64,000 nucleotides of DNA from Candidatus Omnitrophota bacterium (lineage in GTDB: Bacteria > Omnitrophota > Gorgyraeia > Gygaellales > Profunditerraquicolaceae). The stretch covers positions 140,772 through 204,771 of the forward strand of contig JAQUOD010000002.1 in assembly GCA_028717245.1 (NCBI GenBank), written 5' to 3'. Every line of letters starts with the position of its first letter. Position 1 is the stretch's first letter. The notes under the pieces are model-generated. The model did no database searches. It was not told where the DNA came from and was given only the letters and a program-made list of their open reading frames with translations. A program made the translations under genes and the position numbers. This document shows, one piece after another, positions 42,001 to 54,000 of the stretch.

Positions 42001-45000
42001 GTTTTTCTTCTAAGGAGTTTGATTTTTACACTAATCCTGTATTCTTAGAGAAAATTGACAATATACTCATAGAAAATCTGGTGAGATTTGAAGCAATCGG
42101 CGAAGATTTCTATACAAGGGAGATGCTCGATATAAAAAATAGAGATATTCCTGGTTATCAGATACCCATTTTACCAGAAATTTTAGAGCAGCTTAAGGCA
42201 GGCGGTTATGATATTGACGATGAAAATAATGGGGAAAATAATAGTGGCAAGTCCACTTTTAGTGACGGCAACGCTATGTGTATTCTTCTTCCTATTTTAG
42301 CAGGGCTGGGTGCGGGTGGCGTTGTGGGGGCTGCGGTTTTTGCAGTTTCCTCGTGGGTAATGCCGGTAATTCTAGTTGGAATTGCTGCTTTAGCTATAAC
42401 ATGGATATTTGGTCACAAAAATGAGGAGAATAACAACCTTCTTATACTTTTTAGCCTTCCTATAATTTCACTTTTGCTTTTATATTTAACCGGGCATATT
42501 CTTAGTAATCACCTAGATTTACAGGTTTTTATTACTCCTTTTGCCTCCGGAGCGCCCATATTATTAAGTTTGGCCTTGCCCATTATTCTACCCGAAGATA
42601 ATAATAAGGAGAATACCCTGAAGCGCCAAATCCTTACTTTAGCGGCTCAAGGATACGGGAATAAAAAGATTGCCCAAGAAATAGGGTTATCTGCGGTAGA
42701 AGTAAATAAGGCAATGCATGCTTGGTATTTAGAATATAATATTCCCAGCAGAAAGAAGGAAAATCGGAAAAAATTAGTTTTAGCGGTAAAGAAGGCAGGT
42801 GAATTATCAGACGACTTGGAATTTAACCCGCTTACTCAACGTGAGACCCTGGTATTAAAACTTGTTGCTCAAGGTAAATCTAATCAGGGAATCTCCGAGG
42901 TCCTAACTATTTCCAAAACAGCTGTGCACGGGCATATATCATGTATTTATAGCGCATTACGCAAAATAGGCTTTGATGCCAGAGGCCAGTTTAAGCGGCT
43001 ACTGATGGTAAAGTTCGCCCAAGACAAAGGGTTTATTCCCCCCGGTATAGACATTACCAAATTAATAATAGATAGCTACGGTAAACGTAAAGTTCGTGTT
43101 GTTGAGTTAATTGCTGAAGGTAAGAACTATAAGGAGATCAGTATTAAACTAACAATGCCGATAGGCCAAGTGAGAAGCGAGGTATCGAAGCTATACCAAC
43201 TATCTGGTGTTCGCGGCCCATTAGAGCTGGTAGAATGGGCAATAAAAGAAGGAATAATCTCTTCCCAGAAGTATAACCTGGAAGCTATTAAGCGTAAATT
43301 TAGGAATCCCCTTAAGCCGCGAGAAATAGACACATTGAATCTAATGGCTCAAGGTAAAACTAACTCCGAGATTGCCGAAGGTTTACAGATTGGCCTTGCT
43401 ACAATTGAAGATTATGTAGGCACTATTTTTGGTAAACTCAAAGTCGATGGCAAATCCCCTGATGCCCGGCTCATAGCTGTAAGAAAGGCTATGCAAAAAG
43501 GCTTCATTACTTTACAGGACACGTTTGAATTAGAAATAGGATTAAAGAACCCTTTAACAAATCGGGAAATGGAAGTGTTAATTTCGGCTGCCGACGGCCT
43601 TTCAGAGGAAGAGATTTCTGAAAAGATCGGAATCCAGAAGCGTAAGGTGCGCGAATACCTAAAGAGTGCAAGGCGCGCATTAGGTTTAACAGACGAAACC
43701 CCCAATCTTAGGGTAATTGCGATAATCCTATTCTTAGCTATCAGTAATCCGGGATTAAAACCGCAGGAGATAACACAATTCCTGATTACAGGCCAGCCAA
43801 AATTGAGTTTAGGAAGAATTTGGTTTACCAAGCCCGAAGTGCAATTATATACTTTTGAAGGCCGAAGAGTTATGCTCCGTATTCCAAAGGAGGCTGTTAA
43901 TAAGGATGTCAATCTGGAATTATTTAAATTTAACGGAGATTTCCGGGGTTTCTTAATCCGGGAATTAAACAAAGGCAAACCCGGAAAGCTTTTAGATAGC
44001 TGTGTCTTATTCAAAGGGGCATTCCTGAAGACACCCGAGCGAATCCCTACTGTTTTACTCGGTAAGTTTCAAGAAGCTCAATTGATTGCTTTTGACTACA
44101 GAGAATTACTAAAAAAGCTGCAGGCTATTCAGAAAATCCCCTATCCTGAACGGGATAATATCGCAGAGATTTTGTTTTATGCCGGGAAGCTGTATCCGCG
44201 AGAGATGGCAGAGCGCCTTAGTATGTTAGAAAAAAAAGTCGATCCAGCTAAAAGGTATAGCCCCGGGGTAAACAGGATACTTAAGCAACTCAGCGAAAGT
44301 GTTAAAACAGAGCTATTTGCAATAGATTCAGAACAGATTCGTCAGGCTTTGAAGGCTTATGCTAGCGGCGTAAAATCTACTAAAGATGAGCAATTAGTAT
44401 ACTTATTATTTAAAGCTGTAAATAGCAATGATAATGTTGTAACTCTTGCCAGGACCATTAAGAGAATTATTCGAAAGGATAGAGATTTTCGGCAAGAATT
44501 CGCTCAATTTACATGCAGAAAAGGATTAGACAATCCTAACGTCCGCAGGTTATTAAGTTTGATATATCCAGAAAATTCTTTGCTTGGGGTTAAGAATGGG
44601 TTTAAATCCTGCGGCAATGCGTTAGGAGTCGGCACTATTTTTTGCCTGGCTTTTGCTATCCTGGGTTCAGCCCTGCTTGTTTTACATTCCCTGCCTGCCG
44701 CAGAGGCAGGCATGGCTGGCGGGGGGCAAATATTTAAATGTATTGCCGGGGCTTCTACCTTGGGTCTTATATTGTCAGTTGATGGGGACACGGGATGGGC
44801 CTATAGCGGGGCCAGATGGCTTGAGGGCACACTCGAAAAGAGGCTCGGAATCAAATATTCATCCGGGCTCAGAAAAATAGGGGAGTGCCTTAGGCGTTGG
44901 AAAGATAATACTTTATCTCTTGAAGAATCAGAGCTGCTTATAGAGTTTTACGAAATATTTAAGCAAGATATGCAATCCCTCACTGGAATTACTGAAAACG

Positions 45001-48000
45001 AAAGGAAAAACAAGGGGATAAGAAGCAATGATGCGCAACACCAATTAGATATTATAGCCTTGCTTTTACAGGGGATGCCGGTTGCTCAAATAAAAGATGC
45101 AAGAGGCATTTGGTATGCCCGCTCGCGCCCGACAGTCTATAAACTTAGAGATGAAGCCTTGGCGAGGCTGTTCTACGGAAAAAGATTAAACAGGACAAGG
45201 GAATTTTTAATCAGGATAGGAAAGCTGCGCCAGGCGTCTTCCATGTCTTCGGAGGAGTTTCTCAGCGAGGCTGTTAGAGCAATAAAGATGGATAAAATCG
45301 CTTTGGCCGATGGTATCTCTTTATCAGAAATAAGCCTGCCTGATAATTGGGATTGGAAGAAAAAGAGTATTTTAGAGTTAGGCTCTGGCTTAGGTTACAA
45401 TGCCTTTTATGCCTATTATCAAGGCGCTAAAGAAATACGCGGATTGGATATCTCGATACGGGCAATAAGATTAGCCGGGGAGTTATCTAAATATCTTGAT
45501 GATGCAGAGGTTAAAAGGGCTATTTTTAGCGATTCTCCCGACGACATCGTCCAAAGGGCCAGCGATATAAAAAGGGAGGCAGAAAAACAAACGGCTAATA
45601 TAACTTTACACCGGCCAGAAAATTTGGCCTTTCGGCAGCACGATATCACCACGCGCCTGCCCTATGGGAATAACTCATTTGATATGGTTAACGCAACATT
45701 CATATTACATCGCTTAAGTAAAGAAGGGCAGGAATTTGCCATTGAGGAGATGTTGAGAGTTATTAAAGCCAATGGCCTTGTGCACGCTACTCTTTTGACA
45801 AGCCGCGAGATAAAAGAATTGTTTGTAAAGGCAGCAGAGATTTTACAGCAGGAAGAAAAAATGCCTGTCTCTTATGATATTAGTATTTCTGGCAAAGGCA
45901 CAGGATGGTTGGTTAAGGTAAAAAAGGCAGAAGTAGGATTAACAGAGGAAAGCAGGGAAGGCACGCTTGCCGAGGCGTTACGGGATCTTGTTGATATGCC
46001 CCTAACCAGCGCTGAGTTACGGGAAAAAAGAGGCGTACACAAGAAAACCGGGAAATTCTTCCACATCAGCGTATTCCACAAAGAGCTCAATGGCTTAATG
46101 AAGTTTGGCTTGGTGGAGTTAAAAGACGGAGAGTATTTCTTGACTGAAGTCATAGCGCGGGCTCCGCCGGAAGCAAGAAGAAAAATTGTTGAAACCCTCA
46201 TTAAAGAAATTCCCGAACTCAGCCGCGCAAGCCTTTCTAAATTCTCTCCCGAAGAAATCGAGCGGATAAAAGGCAACATAAAGCAGGCCTTACAAAAATT
46301 TTTCATTGCCTGGAAGCTTAGCTTATTTGAGGCTTACCCGGCCCCGCTGACGCCAAAAGGCAATGCTGCCTTGTCAGAGGTAAAACAAAGGCTTAATTCT
46401 AAGGCATTAACCCCTGAAGATAAAGAAGAGATTCTTAAGCTTTTGAGTAACCCTCCCTTTGAGTGGTTTGAGGGATATTTTAAAGGAATAGATAAACAAA
46501 AAGTGTTGGAGTGCCTTTTTAAATATTTATCGAACTTTAAGGTAAGTGTCACCGAGGGCTGTTCAGTGCAATGCGATTATTGTATGCGGGCAGCAGGAAC
46601 AAAAGTCTCCTATATGCCTTGGCCTTGGGTTTATGAATTAATAAAGTTTTCGGCAGAATATAGAGAGTTTCTTAAAAATAACCGCGATAATCTGCCCCTT
46701 TATCGTAATGAAGAAGAATTAAGTTCGTTTGGCAGCTGGTTTGATAATGACCCTATGCGTGATTACTATGACCCGATTTACGATAAAGATTACGCTGACA
46801 TTATTTCTGAGGTAATAAAAAATAATGCTGTGTCTTACGAGGGTGTACACGCTCCTACGTCGGGTTGGGAGATCGGTTCAATAGGCGAACGCGCGATGCG
46901 CAAGCTCATAGGAATAAAACACGAATATTCTTACCTTATGATTCATATCAGCTTTAACATAAGCGCGGAGAAAGAGTGGTTTAGAAGAATAGGGCGCGAA
47001 GAATATATCCGCCATATGAAGGCAGCGTATGATTTGGCACGGGAAGTACGTCTGATATTTGAAGCGAGTTTTGAAGTGGGGGGTTTTGAGTATTGGTCAA
47101 CCGGCCCTGTGGACGCAGAATTAATACAAGCAATAGTAGGGAAACTCCTTCCGCATCATTTAGAGTTGATATCCCAGGAGTGCAAACCAGAAAGAGTGGG
47201 CAGGGCCATCCAATTCCCCGAAGAAAAAACGCGAAAGTATATAAAAGAGAAGCCGGTTATTCTTTTTCGGCCAAACATAGACATCATCGTTTTCGAGCAC
47301 GACAAAAAAGGCCGAATAAGCAAGGAATCTTTATTGCCGGTTTTGAGCAAACAAAGCCAACCTGAAAGCATGGTATCTAAACGCGTCAATCTAAACCCTG
47401 ATATTTCCCTGGATGGCCCAGAAACGCAAAAACGGGATAGGGTAAATGAAGAATTTTTGTTGAGGCTATCTCCACACCTAAAAGAGGCGTTAAGAATCCT
47501 TGAGGATTTAAGAAGGGAAGGGATTGTGCAGCATTATTATCTTGCCGGCAGTTTAGCCAGAGGAGATTTTAAAATTCCGCCTAAGGATGTTGATTTTGCC
47601 ATTAGTTTGACGGTGCGCGGGTTTAATGAGTGGCTTACCTATCAAGATAGGGTAATAGAAGGCCTGGAAGACTTAAGAAGGAAAACAGGAATAAATTTTG
47701 TAATTTCATCTACTGAGCCGTATGGCCAGCTATATAAAGTTGGCGAATCGGGTATTGAGCCGGAAGATATATTGCGGCCGGATATAATAGAGAAGACAGA
47801 GGACGGCAAGGAATGCATTCTTATTGATTTAGGCGGTGCTTATAAGTATATCTTCACTAAAAATGATTTCTTTGTCGAATTGTATCGCAAGATCCGCGAT
47901 TATAATAAGAAGAGGCAATCTACTCAACCCCAAAAAATAATTGGCCCTGGCGCCCCGCACATCTCAAATATTTTACTAATTCTGGTTTCTGCGGCTATAA

Positions 48001-51000
48001 TCTGGTCGTTTATCAATGGCCATTGGCAGGCAGGTTTAACTGCTGCATTTATTCCATCTTTTATGGGCGGCCTGGGCGCATCTAACCCGCTTGAATACGC
48101 AAACAGGGTTAAAGAAAAGGCGGAAGAGCTTTTACAAAAGAAAAACGCCGCAGAATTACCTGAAATGGAAGTAAGGGCGTATGAAGAGATATTAGAATAT
48201 CTTCAGTTAGCAATCGCGGGAGATGAGTTTGTAGATGGCAGCACAACAGAAGGCTATGAAGATATTATAGAAAGTGGAAAATATGACGATAAATTGAAGG
48301 ATGAAGCAAGGCGTAATTTAAAATCAGTTTACATGGAGATGATTGAGATTTACCAAAAATTATCCCGCCTGACAGGCGAGGATTATATTGATGCAATACT
48401 CGGTTCTTATAATGAGGCAATAAGGTATAATCCCAAAGATTTGGAACTACACGCAGGATTAGCAAAATATTGCTTAAAGAATGGCCTGCTCTCCACTCTA
48501 TCCGAAGCAATAAAATACCTTTCCCAGACTATTGAGGGGCAATTGAAATTAGCCCGGGTTTATTCAGATTCAGAAATGTATGAAAGCGCAAAAAATGAAG
48601 CCTTTGGAGTTTTAAGCCGCGAGCCGGACAATACTGATGCTCTCGCTCGTTTATTATTTCTCTATAATGTCATAGGCGATATGGATAGGGACAGGGTTAT
48701 TGCTGCGGCAGAGTATATTATAGACAATGCCTCTTTGAAAAAAAAGAAAGATGTTTCTAACGCTCTATGGCGGAGTTTTAATAACGTCCAAGAAGCATTG
48801 TTAAGAAGTGAAAAACTGGAAAACATATTAAAGAAGGCAATAGCGGCTTATCCACATCTGGGTGATAGATTTGGGAGGTTCCTGGTAGTATTGGGAATGA
48901 ACACAAAAGAAGAGATTGGGCAGTTGCAAGAAACCCAACTCGGCATAAATAAAAAAATCACAGCTTATCAACAGAAAATAGCATCTCAGATTAATCTTAA
49001 GTCAACCTGGCAGGGAAGGGAAAAATTTGTAATCGGAGTTTATAGGCAGGCCTTAGCCGATGGCATCATAGGCTCTGCCGAGATTCTAATTTATTTTTTC
49101 CGCGCCTCTTATTCTATTAACTATCCCCTTTATTTTATTTTGAAGGAAATAGAACCTCGCCTTCAACAAAGGCTTAGCCTCGGCGAAGCGGAAAAAACAA
49201 AACTTTTGCGCCAGTTGATAGAAGAAGAAACAAGAAATCATCAGTCTAAATTAAGCAATGAGGAGAAGGATGAGCTATGGGCAATCTCTAGTGTAATAGG
49301 AGGGGAATTTGGTGATGCCTGGTTGGAATGGATTGAAAGAATCTTTACCATCGTTTTACCATTTTTATTTTTAGGTTTAACTATTTGGCAGATGTTTCAG
49401 GGAGGGGGGATTCCAGGCGCGCCTTTGGTTGCCTTAGGAGTTATTCCTGCTATACGGCCACTTCCTGATTTAGTAAAAAATTTACGTCAAGGCCTTAAAC
49501 CTTTACCTAACGACAGCACAGTTTATCTGCCTGAGGGGAATATTGCCAAGAAAAAAAGAGGGCATAAGATAGGGATTATAGTTGCCACAGACGGTAAGAA
49601 AAAAATTAAATGGCATGCGAAAGAGCGTAACTTGCTTTTAAGAAACGAGGCAAACAAGAAAGAGTTAATGATTACAGTCTTGCTTAAAAGCCTTAAGTTT
49701 AGGCCTATAGATACAATCTGGGTTGGCGATACAGAATATGCCTTAATTCAAGATAGGGCTGATAAGAGAAATGTTTTTATGAGAAAGATAAAGAATGAGA
49801 GTAAGGACGGCAGCTTAATTTTTGATGGGAAAGAGGCGTATCAGTTAAGAAAAGGCGCGCGGGCAAGACTAATAATTAGCCTTGAGCAATTAAAAGAGAA
49901 TCCGGATGTAAAGAAATTTTACGGTAACGAACAGCAACAAAAAAATCTCCCGGGAAAAATCACTGAGGATGAGGCGCATTTCAGGGATTATTCCGAGGAT
50001 TTGCTGGAGAAGAACCTGGAGCTTTTTGTGCTTCTTTCCAAGAGGATGATGTTAGAAGGTAAGGAGAAAGAAGAGACGGCGCAAAGAAGGGAAGAGCTCG
50101 TAGGAGAACTCTTAGATTGCGCTATTAAGTACCATATTCAGAGGTTTAAGAATGATAAAACCAAAGTCAGGGTAGCCAAAATAAATAGAATGATTTTAGA
50201 AGCAGTGCAGCTGATTAACGCGGATAATGAAGTGGCAGCCCATGCAACTTTATATGGCGCAATAAACAGGATTAATGATATTCGCATAGAGTTGCTGAAA
50301 GCGCGGCTTAAGAAGAGAAGAGGGTATGGGCCAAAATTATGGTGGGATAGCAGCGCGGTATGTATTTCTCAACAGAGGTATATCGTCCCAGAGGGCGGTA
50401 GGAGGCCTATGTTAGGAATAGCCGTAATAAAGTATAGAACGCTCTGGGAGGCAATTAGGGGGACAGTTGAACAGGTTAATTCCGAGGCAATAGAGAAACG
50501 CTGGGCCGCTAAGAGCATAGAATTGGTTTCCGCAGCGCTTAATTTGATGGAGAGAGTCAAATCAATTCAGGATGGTGTTCCTGAAATAAAATTAAGCCAG
50601 CAGGAGCGCGAGGAGATAAAAGCAAAACTTAATAGTATGCTTAGCGCAATCGGCCAAGTGCGGGTTGAGGAGAAGAGGGCCGTGAGGCTTCTAATAAAAG
50701 CGGCCCTGGAGATAATATCATTGGGAGACAGGCATAATCTGACTGCCGAAGCATTTTTAATCATAGCTAGATACTATCTGCAAGAGAGGGAGGAAGATAC
50801 CGAGGCAATGATTAAATCGCTTAAGACTGTAAGCACCGAAGGATTAAGAGGCATGGCAAGGACCAGAGACAATTATGTATTAGAGGCTAGTGGAGAAATT
50901 ATTGATTTAATAAATAAGGATAAGTTAGGGGCTGCCTGCAACGAAATTAATAAAATGATGCGGCAATACGGCCTTACCCAAGAGCCCGAATATTTAATCC

Positions 51001-54000
51001 ATAAGATACTCAATCCCGCCTTAAGGTTTCTTAACGCCAAGAAAAAAGCCGAAGCAATTTCTTTAATGGGATCCGTTAAGAAGAAAGCCAAACTTTCGGT
51101 AATCCTACAAACGATATTAGCTGAATACCGCAAGAGGTTAACCGATATTCTACTGGACAGAGAAATTTCCGCAGAGGAGAGAGATGTTTTATTAAAGGAG
51201 GTATTTTCGGCGGTTCTCGAAGATATTCGTTCTTCTGGCAAGGAGTTATCTGAAGAAGGAGTTGCTATATTATGGGCAAGGGCATATCAGGCCGTAAATA
51301 TAGCTCCTCGGGTTCCTGGCGCCAGGAATAGAACCGAGAAAGTAACTAACAAAACCTTTGAAGCTGCCCAAAGATATATCCGCCTCTTAGGGCTCCTGGG
51401 AGATGATTCTATAGAAGAAATCCTTAAGAAAGGATGGATTTATAAGCCAGAGTTTAAAAATATGAGAGTATTTTTAAAAAGAGTGCAGATACAGATAAAG
51501 GAAAGAATGAAAATAAGTCCCGAGACCGCGGCAGAGGTTAGTTTGAGAATACGCTTGATACCAGATGATTTCTTGTGTTTAGCTGAAATATTAGCCAAAG
51601 AAAAAGAACTTAAGCTTGATGTTGAGCAAATGGAGCTACTTAGGGGTTGTGTTTGGGTTGATACAAATTGTCCTTCCAAAAATACCGGCACTCATACGGG
51701 CGCAGAAAGGGCTTTTAAGTCTGACCCTAAGGAGAGTTTACCGGAATCATATTCAAGCCGTAGCACACACGCACATTTTCCGCAGGATCCTCTTGACAGC
51801 CCCTTTACTTATAGCAGAGGTGCACATTATTTTACCGGAAGTATAGTTGGCAGTGCAGGCGTTATGGTTGACTCTACTAACAACATAGGGAGTCCCCAAG
51901 GTGAATTTGATCTCGCGATAAAAAAGGCAGGCTTGTCTAAGACAGCCAAGGGTAGGTTTAAGCCTGTATTGTTTATAACGAGAAAAAGGCATAGGCTTAT
52001 CTTTTATCAGAAAGGGCAGAGGCTCCCTATCCAGGATATTATTGTTTTATTTAGAGGTTGCCGGGCTAAAGAAGGCAATAATAGGTCATTCGGCTGGAAA
52101 AATATTAAAGAGAATATTCGGGCGCGTTGGGAGAAAAAAGGAAAGGCGATATTCGGCGCTAAATTCTCAGGCAGCCAGCTCATAAATGAGCAAGAGGTCC
52201 TGGAGAAGATCGCTAAGACATTGGAAGCGGGTGAACAGATCAGGGAGAATTTCTCAGAAGAGAGGGCATGCACCCATTATATATTAAAGGACGCAGAAGA
52301 GGGGAAGTTATATGATGTTATTACCGGTACTTTAGGCGATGTGGTAAGAATTGACGAACTTCGGATTGACTACTATCCAGCGTATATTTTCTATATTCAG
52401 TCCGGTATTGGTGATTTCTGGTTAGCCAAGTATTTAATAGGTATCCTTCAAGAAGGCAAATTAAAGATTGGCCCAAAATATTATCCCCGTCCAGGTTACC
52501 AAAGAATAAGAGTTAATGACTTGGCCCGAGGCAAGGCGCTCAAAGGCGTAAAGATAGAGAGAAAAATCTTCTTTGAAAAAGCAAAGGGACTAATATACAT
52601 CATAGATGCAAAAGAAGGCGATTGTTTAGTAGTTGACGTAAAGGGGCATTACTATGCTTATTGGTACAGGATAAAAACCGGGGATTTTATAGACAGAGAC
52701 GAATATTTGGAGATAACAGAAATTGTTAATTCCGGCGCAACGCAGCGCCAAAATACCGGCACTCATTTTGGCGACGAGGAGACTTATGACCCTGATTTCA
52801 GGCCGTTTATTATTAAGGGTAAGAGGATGAATTTCGATGAAGCGCATAAGGCATTTGTTAAACAATATATACACAGCCCGGATACCTTAGTAATCAGGCT
52901 GCAAAACGGCATCTTAACGCAAATCAACCCTAACGCTCCGCCTCAGGAAATACCCGCAATAATTAGCAAACCCATTCTAAAACTAGAAAAACCCCTCGTT
53001 TCCGGTAGATTGATTCGTTTCTGTATATTTCAAGGAAAAGCCAAAGACTACATATACGGGATTAATCCCTATTCTTTATTAGATGCGCAAGGCAGGGCAG
53101 TCTACGCCGAGGCAGGAAGCGGAGGCAAAAATGAAATAGGCCAATACCACAATATCATTTCTATATACCTCAGCCGGGAACTCTTCATGATTTTATCTAC
53201 TGAAGCCATGGTGGAAAGGCTTTCTGAAGAGCTAAGACACGCCATAAAAAAGGTTGAGCAGAATAACCATACTCAGGAGAAATTTGATAATGACCCGGGG
53301 AGGCAAAAGAAATTAGACTCTATACAGTCTCGAATGAAAGGCATAGGCCCGATTTCGCCTTTCTCAAGGGAAGAATTAATCAAGAGAATGGAAATCACAC
53401 CTACAAAATCAGATAGGTTGTATGATTTGCGAAAGTATAGCACAGCCGTAGATTATTTAAGGAGAGATGAAGAGCAAATCAGAGGTTTCTTAAAAGCTAA
53501 ACATTCATTAGAACCCTGCACTTTGGCAGGGATTATTCAGGCGTTATCTTCAGATTTCGCCATCATTCAGAATGAGGCGGAATTAGAAGAGGCAATCAAG
53601 AGGCTTATTTTAAAAGGTAATCAGATAAGCTGGGTTGAAGGCAAAAGAGTAATCTGGAATGAGCCTTATGGCCAGCCTGTCAGCGCTAAAGAGAAAGCTA
53701 AGAAAAATTCAGCGGATGAAAGTACAGGAAGTGACGTAGAACCTAAAATACCAAAAAAGAGCTACGTTTTTGAAATAGGAGAGAAGGGGGCTATTACCCT
53801 ATCTTTACCTGGTGCAAGGGAAAGGGTAACTTTCTCATCCCAAGAAAGAGCCATATTAATTGCTTACGGATATACTGATGGAGAATTAATGAACGAAACC
53901 GATATTAATAACTCTAACTGGGTTAAATCCTACATAGGAAGTATTATTAGTAAAATAGAGGCGATCGCTGAGTTGAAATTCAAAGCGCCAAAAGGAGATA

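Noticed and set aside
43412-44014. 200-aa ORF on the minus strand, the longest in the supplied track. Other minus-strand ORFs include 1916-2461, 10337-10858, 25175-25612, 45872-46306, 59474-59911 and 61535-61918.
   Set aside because: All are antisense to a frame that is continuously protein-like and motif-rich. Their translations are low-complexity (Ser/Leu/Pro/Arg-rich, typical of antisense readings), have no recognisable motifs, and most lack plausible starts or ribosome-binding context. I treat them as spurious shadow ORFs.
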